From assembly GCA_963723175.1 (NCBI GenBank), contig CAVRPO010000008.1, forward strand, positions 155,921 through 219,920: 64,000 nucleotides of DNA, in the 5' to 3' direction. This stretch comes from an uncultured Solirubrobacterales bacterium. GTDB lineage: Bacteria > Actinomycetota > Thermoleophilia > Solirubrobacterales > Solirubrobacteraceae. Made by a program: the position numbers and the translations under genes. Numbering within the stretch: position 1 is the first letter of the stretch; each line of letters begins with the position of its first letter. The notes under the pieces were generated by a model. The model saw nothing but the letters and a program-made list of their open reading frames with translations. It was not told the origin of the DNA and did not search any database. Shown here piece after piece: positions 1 to 9,924 of the stretch.

Positions 1-1
1 G

Positions 2-358
2 CTCTGCGAAATTGGCATCTCCGACACTTGCGAACGTGCGGCCGAGCTCGCGAACGCCTCAGCAGAACGTTTCTCTAACCGCCTGAACATGGGTCCACAG
101 TTCGACACGATCTACTTGCACTGGATGCTCGTGTACGGCAGTCAAGCCGGCGAAACGCGCTGGCGAGGGCTTGCCGAAGAGATGGCTCGAGACGCCCAGC
201 AGCACGCTCGCAACGCCCAGAGGCTGTATCTGCGCGCATGGGATGGCACGCCGATCACCGAGCATCAGGCACTACCGAACATGCTGCAGACAGACGCCGC
301 CACGCTCGAGTTGTTTGCATGGCTGGGCGTGGCGGAATCCTCACACCTGGGCGCATAG
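2..358 (+). CDS. C-terminal part of a protein running in from the window edge, possibly glycoside hydrolase family 76-like
   Basis: Frame open from position 2 (LCEIGISDT...PQFDTIYLHWML...AWDG...LQTDAATLELFAWL*). Helical-barrel GH76-like tail by resemblance only. Confidence 0.4.
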   Translation, partial: LCEIGISDTCERAAELANASAERFSNRLNMGPQFDTIYLHWMLVYGSQAGETRWRGLAEEMARDAQQHARNAQRLYLRAWDGTPITEHQALPNMLQTDAATLELFAWLGVAESSHLGA

Positions 359-367
359 AGATCTGCC

Positions 368-2059
368 TCAGGCGCTGGCGACGCCCGTGCCGGCTGGCAT
401 CGACTCACGCGATAGCGCGACGATGAACGCTTGCACTACTCGTCCGTCGAACTGGGTGCCGGCGTGGCGGCGCAGCTCTGCGAGCGCTGCCTCGTAGCCG
501 ATCGAGTTGCGGTAGGGGCGGTCGCTGGTCATCGCCTCATAGGCGTCGGCAACTGCCACGATGTACGCCTCCAGTGAGATCTGGCCGGCGAGCAGGCCGA
601 GCGGATAGCCGAGTCCGTCGGGGCGCTCGTGGTGGGCTGCCACCCATTCGCGCACGTCGGAGAGACTGATGTGCTCGATCATCTGCGCGCCCAGCTGTGG
701 GTGGCGCTTGATCTGCTTGTACTCAGCCTCGCTGAGCGGGCCCGGCTTGTGCAGAATGCTGTTGGGAACCCCAGCCTTGCCGATGTCGTGCAGGATTCCC
801 GCGAGCCGGATGCGGCTTACGCGGTGCTCGGGAGACCCAGCTCGCGCGCCATCATTTCCGCGTAGCGGCCCACTGTCTCGGAGTGGCGGGCGCTGCCGCT
901 GAAGCGCAGGTCGACGGCCTCTGCCATCTCGAGCACCGCCATGACGAAGCGCTCGCCGCCGATGTCGCGCACGTCGCTCGGTATCCGTAGTTCGGTTCGC
1001 AGCGCCTGGCTGTGCAGCACCGTTCGGTTGCGCCCGCTCTCCTTGGCGGCATATAGCGCCTGGTCGGCGGCATGGATTAGCGACGCGGCCGTCTCTCCGT
1101 GCTCGGGGTAGACCGACAGGCCGAAGCTGATCGTCAGTGGAGTTGGGTCTTTCGCGAATTCTTCGCGCAGCTCGATACGTAGGTGCTCGGCCAGTGCAAA
1201 TGCTGCCTCTCCTCCGGTGTCGGGCAGGATCAGCGTAAACTCCTCACCTCCCACCCTTGCGGCGGTGTCAGATTGAGCGCTTGCCCTCGGACAGCAGGCG
1301 TGCCGAGCGCTGCAGCGCTAGATCGCCGACATGGTGGCCGCGCAGGTCGTTGACATCCTTGAAGTCGTCGAGGTCGCCGAAGAGCACTGTCATCGCGCTG
1401 CCGTGACGGCGGGCTCGCTCTAGCTCGAGGTCTAGCTGCTCGCGAAAGCCACGGCGGTTGGAGAGCTTGGTCAGCGGATCGGTGCGGGCCGCGTCGTAGA
1501 GGCGCGCGATCAACAGCTCTACGCGGGCGCGTATCACCATGATCACCATCGCGCCCACCAGCAGCGTGCCCATGCTGACCAGCCACCATGCCGGGATGGC
1601 GCTCACCGGGGCTGTGGCCGTGAGGAGCACGCCGTAGGCCAGGCCGACGTAGGAGATTTGCACGGCCGTTTGCCGGTGGCTGAAGAAGTAAGAGGCGTAG
1701 AGGAAGACCCACAGGTAGAAGAAAACGAGCGGACTCGGTGCTTCGCCGGAGAAGTAGGCCACACCGGTGATCAATGTGCTGCCCCAGGCGAGTGTGGTCT
1801 GCAACGTCCAGGCGGGCAAGGTGGACGCCTGGGTGTAGAGCATCGCCGCGGTCAGGTAGGCACTGGCAACGATCACAAGCAGGCCCAGCTCGTTGGCACG
1901 CGCGGGGTGGGGCAGGACCACAGTCAGCGCGGACAGGCTCGCACCGGCTGCAAAAAGCGTGGCAAGCACCTTTGCCACGAGACTTGCCTGTAGGCTCGCG
2001 CCAACAAACGATCCCCCCCAGACGTCGTCGCGGCCGTCCCCCTGCGAGAGCGCGGACAT
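368..2059 (-). CDS. Membrane-anchored diguanylate cyclase/phosphodiesterase (TM helices + GGDEF + HD-GYP), frameshifted in this assembly
   Basis: ORF pieces 1268-2197 (TM helices, DPLTKLSNRRGF, DLDDFKDVND), 817-1254 (GGEEF, ADQALYAAKESGRN) and 368-682 (HHERPDGLGYP, DAYEAMTSDRPY). LHDIGK lies in between. Removing one base near 1270 gives KRSIDTAARVGGEEF. Confidence 0.88.
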
Positions 2060-2350
2060 TACCTTTGCGTATCGACTACCCGCAGAGCCTGCGAGGGAAT
2101 TAGGAACTGTTCGCATTGTTGGTGAGGATCTTAGGGTAAACAGCCTACGAGGAATATCGACTATTCGCAACCGTACGACGAGCCTGGCTCTCGACACCGC
2201 CCCAATTCGGATGGTGTCTCGACAGCACAGCCATGAATGTCTAAATATTCCAGGGGGTTGGCGGAGCTACTCTTGGAAGCTCTCGCGAGCCGGTACGCGG
2301 CGACCGCGAGTACCGCGGCGACTAGCAGCCCGGGTGCGTCGCGCTTTCCC

Positions 2351-3103
2351 TCATCCGGCAAGGAGATGTACGATCGCCGCGATCCCGACGAGCACTATCA
2401 GGCCCCGTAGCGCCACTGGGTTCAGGCGGCGTCCGTACCTCGCCCCGATCTGCGCGCCGACGATCGAACTACAGGCGATGATCGCCGCTGGTGCCCACTC
2501 GACGTGCGCGGCGAAGATGAAGAACACGCCCGCGACCCCGTTGACCAAGCCGGCGAGCACGTTCTTCAAGGCGTTCGTTCGGTGTAGGTCTTGCGTTAGC
2601 GCCAGGCCGAGGATGCCAAGCAGCAGGATCCCCTGGGCGGCGCCGAAGTAGCCTCCGTAGACGCCGGTCGCGTACAGCGCCAGCAGCAAGATGCGGCCCG
2701 CGTGCGCGGAATGGGTGGCGCGCTTGGCGAGCAGTCGGTTCAGGCGCGGTTGCAGCACGATCAAGACGAGCGCGAGCGCAATGAACACGGGCACGATCGC
2801 CGCGAACGCCGCGGCCGGCAGCGCCAGCAGCAGCACGGCACCGGTGATGCCGCCGAGCACCGACGCCGCTCCCAGCCGTATTGCCTGTTCGCGCTGGCCG
2901 CTGAGCTCGCGTCGGTAGCCAATCGCGCCTGAGATCGAGCCCGGGACCAGCCCGACGGTGTTCGACACGTTGGCCGTCACCGGTGCGTAGCCGAAGGCCA
3001 GCAGCACCGGGAATGTGATCAAGGTGCCGCTGCCGACGACTGTGTTGATCATGCCTGCCGCCAGCCCGGCGGCGGCGATGGCGATGATCTCCCCGAGGCT
3101 CAC
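2351..3103 (-). CDS. Sulfite exporter TauE/SafE (TSUP) family membrane protein
   Basis: 250 aa, hydrophobic; AGMINTVVGSGTLITFP and GVYGGYFGAAQG motifs. Confidence 0.88.
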   Translation of the reverse strand: MSLGEIIAIAAAGLAAGMINTVVGSGTLITFPVLLAFGYAPVTANVSNTVGLVPGSISGAIGYRRELSGQREQAIRLGAASVLGGITGAVLLLALPAAAFAAIVPVFIALALVLIVLQPRLNRLLAKRATHSAHAGRILLLALYATGVYGGYFGAAQGILLLGILGLALTQDLHRTNALKNVLAGLVNGVAGVFFIFAAHVEWAPAAIIACSSIVGAQIGARYGRRLNPVALRGLIVLVGIAAIVHLLAG

Positions 3104-3890
3104 TCAGCTCATGCTCACATAACCCGTTGCTTCGGTGGGGCTACGTACGTTGGCGGCGACCTTGTTTTCGTAGTTGCCCTCGATCGTGGCGATCTGGCCG
3201 TTCGGCAGGATCCCCCTGACGATGCCAACGTGCTCGCCGCCGAAGACGATCAAATCGCCTGGCTTGGGCAGGACACCCGGTCCGTTGGGTATCGCACGGC
3301 CGGTGCTCTGCGCCCACGACCAGATGTCTGAGACGTCGCCGATCCCCTGCCCCTGGGCGCCCAGCGGCTGGCCCGCATGGCGCGCGACCCAGGAGGCGAA
3401 GTAGGCACACCACGGTGCGCCTGGGATCGCGCCTTCGGTCGCGGTGCGATATTGGGCGATCGCCGGCGATTCGTTGGAGCCGGGTGGCTGCTCGGTCTGG
3501 CCCAGCTGGCTTTCTGCGATCGCCACGATGCGCGCACCGGCGCTTTCGCCGGGGGCGCCGAGCGAGGAGCCGACGATTCCGTCTGCGCCCTGTAGTTGGC
3601 TCGAGTAGCCCAGGCTGGTGGTCCCCGCGGGCCCAGTGGGGCTGTAGGTGCTCCGGTTCAGCGAGGGCTGCGGCCGGCGCGGTGGTGGCGCTCTGGTAGC
3701 TGCCGCTTGCCTGCGCGAGCGCGTCCGCGAAAGAGGCTTCCTCGCCGGTGCTGGTCGTACCAGTCGTGCTGTCGGCTGCCGGCGCTTCGGTGCCGCCGCT
3801 GAGCGCTGCGCTGGAGCCGATCAGCACCGCTGGGTTGGCGAGCGCCTGTCTGATCGCGCTGACTTGCGCAAGCGTGGATTCGATGGACAT
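3104..3890 (-). CDS. CHAP-domain peptidoglycan hydrolase with flagellar-type N-terminus (frameshifted)
   Basis: C-terminal PWCAYFASWV...GDLIVF..EHVGIV...TIEGN (Cys/His CHAP). N-terminal MSIESTLAQVSAIRQ...SFADALAQA is in another frame. Confidence 0.8.
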
Positions 3891-3898
3891 CGCCCGAG

Positions 3899-3926
3899 TA
3901 ATCGGCAGTCGGCGTGGGCATTTGAG
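3899..3926 (-). promoter_or_regulatory. Sigma28 (FliA)-type promoter of the CHAP gene, probably leaderless
   Basis: CTCAAA-N14-GCCGATTA, 8 nt before the ATG. Confidence 0.75.
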
Positions 3927-4079
3927 TAGTCACAAACAAAGGCCCGCAATTACCGCATATATAACCTCTTGGTTATATATGCGGAGCGACTTGGGGAGCA
4001 CTGTATGGACACCGCCTTGCCCCTGTCTGCGCTTGGGCCTACAGGGATTCATCGGCCACACTCGCCTAGTCCGCAAACG

Positions 4080-4109
4080 GGAAACGGGCAGCCGAAGCCG
4101 CCCGTTTCC
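4080..4109 (-). terminator. Intrinsic terminator-like hairpin after flagellin
   Basis: GGAAACGGGCGGC-TTCG-GCTGCCCGTTTCC followed by CGTTTG; C(UUCG)G tetraloop. Confidence 0.75.
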
Positions 4110-4276
4110 ACCACCGTTCCCTCGATGAAAGCGGCGGTATGTGGCCGCGCCGGTCGCTTGGACCGCCGAAGCGATATGACCCGCCTGACCCGGCATCCGC
4201 GTGAGCGGCCCCTGTCAGGTGAGCTTCGCTGCAGCGGTGGCGTCCTCTAGGCGCCACCGCTGAGGAAGTGCAATGC

Positions 4277-5075
4277 CTACTGCAGCAGCTTCAGGACAGC
4301 CTGAGGTTCTGCGTTGGCTTGCGCGAGAACTGACACGCCGGCCTGCTCGAGAACCTGCAGCTTGGTGAAGTTGGTCATTTCCGCTGCCATGTTCACGTCG
4401 ACGATCCCGCTGACGGCCGAAGACAGGTTCTGGCTGTAGGTTTCCAGGTTGGACTCGGTGTACTGGATGCGATCCTGCACGGCGCCGAATTCACCGGCGA
4501 GCGGCAGAGACCTTGTTGATCGCTTCATCGATGCCCTTGATCGGTTCCGCGCCTTTGAGTTCGACCAGGCCTTTGAGCGATTCCTTCAGGTCGACCGTGT
4601 TGACGCCGATCACTTCGCCGTCGTTGGCCCCGACCTGGAAGGAGATCGTCGCCGCTTTGCTGAGCAGGTCGATGCCGTTGAACTGGGTCGTTTCACCGAC
4701 GCGTTCGATCTCAGAGTTCAGCTGCGTGACCTCGGAGTTGATCGCTTCCTTGTCGGCTTCTGAGGTCGTGCCGTTGGCGTACTGCACCGCGAGCTCGCGG
4801 ACGCGCTGAAGCATCTGCTCGACATCGTTCAACGAGCCCTGAGCCGTCTGCGCAAGCGAAACGGCGTCCTGGCTGTTCTGCGTGGCCTGATTGAGGCCGT
4901 TGACCTGGCCCTGCAGGCTCTGGCTGATCGCGTAGCCGGCGACATCATCGGCGGCCGAGTTGATCTTCAGACCCGAGGAAAGGCGCTGCATCGCCGTCGA
5001 GAGCGAGCTCTCCGTGGCGTTGAGGTTCCTGTTGGCGTCCATCGCCGACAGGTTGGTGTTGATCATGAGGGACAT
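4277..5075 (-). CDS. fliC: Flagellin (short, about 265 aa; frameshift near 4500)
   Basis: MSLMINTN...QRLSSGLKINSAADD...LQRVRELAVQ; C-terminal GAVQDRI...DVNMAAEMTNFTKLQVLEQAGVSVLAQAN. Confidence 0.96.
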
Positions 5076-5113
5076 GCGTTCATCTCCTTGATGACGATTT
5101 GTTGGTCGGTCCC

Positions 5114-5134
5114 GAGCCGACTCCGTGTCGGCTC
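5114..5134 (-). promoter_or_regulatory. CsrA-binding hairpin in the flagellin 5' leader
   Basis: GAGCCGAC-ACGGA-GTCGGCTC (ANGGA in the loop); second GGA in the SD (AAGGAG); csrA and fliW are in the same cluster. Confidence 0.75.
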
Positions 5135-5142
5135 ATATCTGG

Positions 5143-5170
5143 TTATCGCCGACAAGCGACGAAACTTGAG
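5143..5170 (-). promoter_or_regulatory. Sigma28 promoter of flagellin
   Basis: CTCAAG-N14-GGCGATAA. Confidence 0.8.
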
Positions 5171-5243
5171 CTGGATTCATCTCCACTAGCTCGATTCCCT
5201 CCACCCGCAACATTTCCTGCACCCCGGGACGCGTGGTGCCGGC

Positions 5244-5456
5244 TCAAACGCGGATGTCGATGTGTGGACGTTCGTCCCCGTCGGGGCCGTCCTGCTCAGA
5301 CGCGAGTCCCGCCGCCTGCTCTTCTCGTTCGCGCCTACCCTCGTCCTTCTCCGGGCGTTCGTCCTCGCGTGTGATCCGCTCGACCCGCTTTACCGGGGGT
5401 CTGGTCGCGCGCACCACGGGCGGCAGGCCGCCCGAGATTGGCGGGATCGCGTCCAT
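5244..5456 (-). CDS. Small hypothetical flagellar-cluster protein (70 aa)
   Basis: Co-oriented, fills the gap, charged; ends ...PHIDIRV like other flagellar accessory proteins. Confidence 0.6.
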   Translation of the reverse strand: MDAIPPISGGLPPVVRATRPPVKRVERITREDERPEKDEGRREREEQAAGLASEQDGPDGDERPHIDIRV

Positions 5457-5462
5457 CGCCGG

Positions 5463-5975
5463 CTAGCGTCCAGGCGAGGTAGCCCCCGCGCGTGGGGGCT
5501 CAGCTGGGGCGCCAATCGGCTCGCCTGGCACGAGCGCAGCCTGTGCGCCGGCGAGCAAAGCCTGTTCGCGACCCTTGATCTCGACGATCACAAGCCTTCG
5601 CCACACGAACACTGCTCCAGCCCAGGCCGCGACATAGCAGACGCTGCCGGCGATCAGCGCTCGCAGACCGGCCTGGGCGAGCGTGCCGGTCGGCAGCGAC
5701 AGGTAGCCGGCGATGAAGAAACCCGCCAGCCCGCCCCAGCCCTTTGCCTGTGCCACCGCGCGCGCTGCGCGTGGGTGGGCGGCCACGCTTGGCGAGCCCG
5801 AGTCCTCGGCGGTCGCGGCCTTCTCGCCCTTGCCTTTCTTGCCCTTTGCGTCCTTGTTCTTGGACTCCTTGCCCTTTGCCTGCTTGCCAGCCTGCTTCTG
5901 CGGTGCCGTCGGCGGAGCCGCTACCGGCGTCGGCCGCCTCGCTCGCCGCCGGCTGCTCGACGAGGGCCTGTGCCT
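5463..5975 (-). CDS. Hypothetical membrane protein (Lys-rich linker + 2 TM), in frame with the PilZ C-terminus in this assembly
   Basis: SVAAHPRAARAVAQAKGWGGLAGFFIAGYLS...CYVAAWAGAVFVWRR; start uncertain. Confidence 0.55.
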   Translation of the reverse strand, partial: RHRPSSSSRRRARRPTPVAAPPTAPQKQAGKQAKGKESKNKDAKGKKGKGEKAATAEDSGSPSVAAHPRAARAVAQAKGWGGLAGFFIAGYLSLPTGTLAQAGLRALIAGSVCYVAAWAGAVFVWRRLVIVEIKGREQALLAGAQAALVPGEPIGAPAEPPRAGATSPGR

Positions 5976-6340
5976 CAGTTGCGCGTCGCGCTCATCGGCT
6001 TCCAGCATACGCCGCCGTTCGGCGCGTTCGCGCTCGAAGATGAAGCGCACCAGACGGCGACGATTGCCGTCGCTCATCTGGCTGAAGGTTATGGCACGAC
6101 GCCCCCGAGAATCGTTACGCACGACCTTACCCATCCCCACAATCGGCTCGCGATCTGGGGCCAAGAGTCAGCTTGAACTCGATCTCCTCGTCGATCTCCA
6201 GCACGTGCGGGCCCGCGAGCAGCAGGCCGCCGCCTGACGAGCTCGACGGCGTAGGTGTGGACGGGCCGGCGATCTTTGCCCATGTAGACGAGCACGGGCC
6301 GGTCGGCCTTGAGGCGGACGTACTCGCGTTGCTGGCTCAC
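5976..6340 (-). CDS. PilZ-domain c-di-GMP-binding protein (frameshifted)
   Basis: GTG overlaps the flhF stop; QQREYVR (RxxxR), then GGLLL, GKVVRN, RRRLVRFIFERER. Confidence 0.75.
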
Positions 6341-7743
6341 TGCACCAGCTTGGCCGCCAGCCCGGCCGGATCGAGCCGGCCGACAGTCCAGCCGCCCGTG
6401 CGGGCGCGGCCCAGCATGTACTCGGGGGCTAGGCCGAACTTGCAGGCGGCCTCGATCGCCATCCCGATCTGGTCGGTGTCGTCGGCGTGCGTCAGTGCCA
6501 GCGCGTTTGCCTTCAGTGGTCCCAACGCCTCCAGCAGCTGCCTGGCGGCGACTGCGCTCAATGTGGTTGGCAGGACCACGACAATGCGCTCGGGCTCGAG
6601 TCCCGCGAGCAGGCTTGCCAGTTTGCGTATCCCAGAGCGGTCTCCTGGGGAGAGGGGGGGCGTGTCGATCACGAGCAAGCCCTCGCTCTTGGTCTTGCGC
6701 AGCGCGCGCACGGCGCGGGTGGTGTCGATCGCCGTTGGCTTCATTACGTGCGGGCTGAGCAGCATCCGCAACTCGCCGCTTGCTTGTCCCCTGATCAACG
6801 TCGCGCAGCTTGCCGGCAATGCCGAGCCCTTGCGGTAGGCGCCGAGCAGGGCCGCGCAGCAGCTTGTCTTGCCGGCGCCGCCGGGTCCCACGAGCACGAT
6901 CGCCGCGCCACGCGCCGGTAGTGGCGGCGCCGACTGGGATGCGTCTCGTGAGCGCCGATCGCACCGCCTGGCTCAGGCTGGCTCGCGGCGCGAACGGGCG
7001 GATGTGGACGGCGGCGCCGTCGATCAGCTCCTCGGCGAACTGCTCGCTGATTCCGAGCGCGAGCAGCCGCTCCTGGATCTTGGTCCGCGCACGCGAGGAC
7101 TTAGGCGCTTGACCTTGTCCTGAAGCCGGTGCGGTTGCACTGCGCGCTCGGGCCGGGGACGACGCGCTCTGGGCGAAAGGCTCGGCCCTGGCCTGGGGCT
7201 GCGCTTGAACTAGGCCACGGCGCCGACATACGCTTCTCGTCGTGCGATGAGGCACGCTCCAGCATGAGCGCGAATGGATCGCTCGGATCTGTGGTGCCCG
7301 CCACTTCTTGGGGTAGGTGCGCGGTCGATTCCGCCTGGGGCCCTCCATGACGTAGGGCAGGCAGGCGTGCCGGCTGAAGTGGCCCGGCTCGTGCAAGGGC
7401 AGCTAGGCGCTCGCTCACATAGGCGGTGTTGAGGGGGCTCAGCGCCTCCGGCTGCTTGTGCGGCGCGTCGGTGGAGCGGAAGTTCGCGCGCGGGCGTAAA
7501 GGTCGCTGCCGCGCCTGTGTCCGGTTCGTCGTAGACGTCGATCTGTGGGCCGCCCTCGGTCGCTTCGAGCTCGACGAAGCGCCGTTGGAAGAAGCCGGCG
7601 ATGCCGCCGCTCAGACCCTCGCGCCGGCGCACGATGATCGCGTTGGCGCCCAGCTCGTCTTGGATCTTGGGCAGCAGCTCCTCGACGGTGCGCCCGCGGT
7701 AGGTGTGAATCGAGCCTGGGTCGGTGCTCGAGGCGTTACTCAT
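6337..7743 (-). CDS. flhF: Flagellar biosynthesis SRP-type GTPase FlhF (several frameshifts)
   Basis: N-terminal YRGRTVEELLPKIQDELGANAIIV; GPGGAGKTS P-loop; LLVIDTP; directly after flhA. Confidence 0.85.
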
Positions 7744-9816
7744 GCGTGGATGACGCCGATGGTCTCAACATTGATTCCCGGTGCGATCTCGTTGTAGGAG
7801 CAGACTGGCAAGTGCGGCTGGGCTTGGGCGATCAGCCTACGCAGGTGGCGGCGCACGCGCGCTGAGCACAGCAGTACCGGTCTGACGCCGCGTCCGCTCG
7901 CGTGCTCCACCTGCGCTCGCAATGCGCCGACGATCGCCTGTGCTCGTGGCGGGTCCATCGCCAAATACTCTCCGTCTGCCGTCTGGGTTATCGAGGTCGC
8001 AACCTCCTGCTCGATCGCCGGGTCCAGGGTGATCGCTCGCAAACGCAGCTCCTCGTCCAGATGAGGTGCGGTGATCGCTCGGCCGAGCGCTTGGCGCGCG
8101 TACTCGGACAATAGGTTCGTGTCTCGCGTTATTCGCGCCTTGTCGCCGATCGCCTCCACGATCGTGCCCAGGTCGCGGATCGGCACGCCCTCTGAGAGCA
8201 GCAGTTGCAGCACGCGCTGGATCTCTCCGAGCGACAGCGTGTCGGGCACGACCTCCTCGACGACCGCGGCGTTTGTCTCCTTGAGCTTGTCGAGCAGCGC
8301 GCGCACGTCCTGGCGCGTGAGCAGCTCGGCGGCGTGCGCGCGGATCGTCTCGGTCAGGTGCGTGACGATCACCGACTCGGCGTCGACGACGGTGTAGCCG
8401 AGCGCCTCGGCCTCGGCTCGTCCGGAGTCGTGCACCCACATCGCGTCCAGCCCGAAGGCCGGCTCGCGCGTAGGGATGCCCTGCAGCGTGGCGCTCGCGT
8501 CGCCGGGGTCCATCGCCAGCAGGTGCCCGGGCATGATCCGCCCGCGCGTCACCTCCGAGCCGCGCACCTTCAGCACGTACTCGTGCGATTCCATGCCGAG
8601 CTCGTCGTGGATGCGCACCGGCGGGATCACGAGGCCGAGATCGCCGGCGATCTGGCGGCGGATCATGCTCACGCGGCGCAGTAGCGAGCCGCCGTTGACT
8701 AGTGGCACCAGGCCGAAGCCGATCGCCAGCTCGAGCGCGTCGACGCCCACCTCCGACAGCGGCTCCGGCGTGGCCGCCGGCGCGGCCAGTTCCGCCGCCT
8801 TGGTCTTGGCGGCCGCCGCGGCCGCCTCCTGCGCCTCGGGCATGCCGTTGCGCACCGCCCAACCGATCAGCCCGAAGATCGCCGCTATGAACAGGAACGG
8901 CAGCTTCGGCAGGCCGGGGATCAGCGCGAATAGCCCGATCGCGCCGGCCGCGACCATCGGTGCGCTGCGCTGGGAGAGGATCTGGCCGGCGATGTCGCTG
9001 CCCAGGTCGCGGTCAGAAGCGGCGCGCGTGACGATGATGCCGGTGGCGACCGAGATCAATAGCGCCGGGATCTGCGCCGCGAGCCCATCGCCGACCGTCA
9101 GCAGCGAGTACTTTTGGGTGGCTTCGCTGAAGCCGAGATTCATCTGCAGCATGCCCACGACGATCCCGCCGACGAGGTTGATCGCGGTGATGATGAGCGC
9201 CGCCATCGCGTCGCCCTTGACGAACTTCGAGGCGCCGTCCATGGCGCCGTAGAAGTCGGCCTCGCGCGCGATCTCCGAGCGCCGCTGACGCGCCTGGTCG
9301 TCTGAGATCAAGCCCGCGTTTAGGTCGGCGTCGATCGCCATCTGCTTGCCCGGCATCGCGTCGAGCGTGAAGCGGGCGCCGACCTCGGCGACGCGCCCGG
9401 CGCCGTTGGTGACGACCACGAACTGGATCACGACCAGGATCAGGAAGATGACGAGCCCGACGACGACGTTGCCGCCGACGACGAACGAGCCGAACGCCTT
9501 GACGACGCTGCCGGCGTCGCCCGTGGTGAGGATCAGGCGCGTGACCGACACGTTGATCGCCAGGCGGAACATCGTCGTCAGCAGCAGCAAGCTTGGGAAG
9601 GAGGCGAAGTCGAGCGCCTTGCCCAGGTACATCGTGGCCACGACGATCGTGAGCGCCGCGGAGATGTTGAGCGTGATCAGCAGGTCCAAGCAGCGCCGGG
9701 GGCAGCGGTACGACCAGCATCGTCACAACGCACACGACGGCGACGGCGGCGAGCAGGTCGGTGTGGCCCAGAAGTCGCTTGAGGGTGGGGTTGTTCACGA
9801 GGCGAGCCTCCGGCAT
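7740..9816 (-). CDS. flhA: Flagellar export gate protein FlhA (frameshift near 9690)
   Basis: FPSLLLLTTMFRLAINV, RVAEVGARFTLDAMPGKQMAIDADL, FYGAMDGASKFVKGDA. Confidence 0.97.
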
Positions 9817-9924
9817 CGGGGAACGCTGCGATGGTGTGTCCACCGCTGTCGCAGGGATGCGCTTCGCCGCTGTAGCGCCGGGCGCCGTAGACGATCGGGC
9901 GCGCGCGCGCGATGCTGGGGCCGC

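Noticed and set aside
3930-4270. c-di-GMP riboswitch or sRNA between flagellin and CHAP
   Set aside because: Only a terminator-like hairpin is evident; I could not match a GEMM consensus. An Infernal/Rfam scan would settle it
5463-6340. PilZ-membrane protein fusion as a novel architecture
   Set aside because: The region has several indels, so the fusion could be a frameshift artefact
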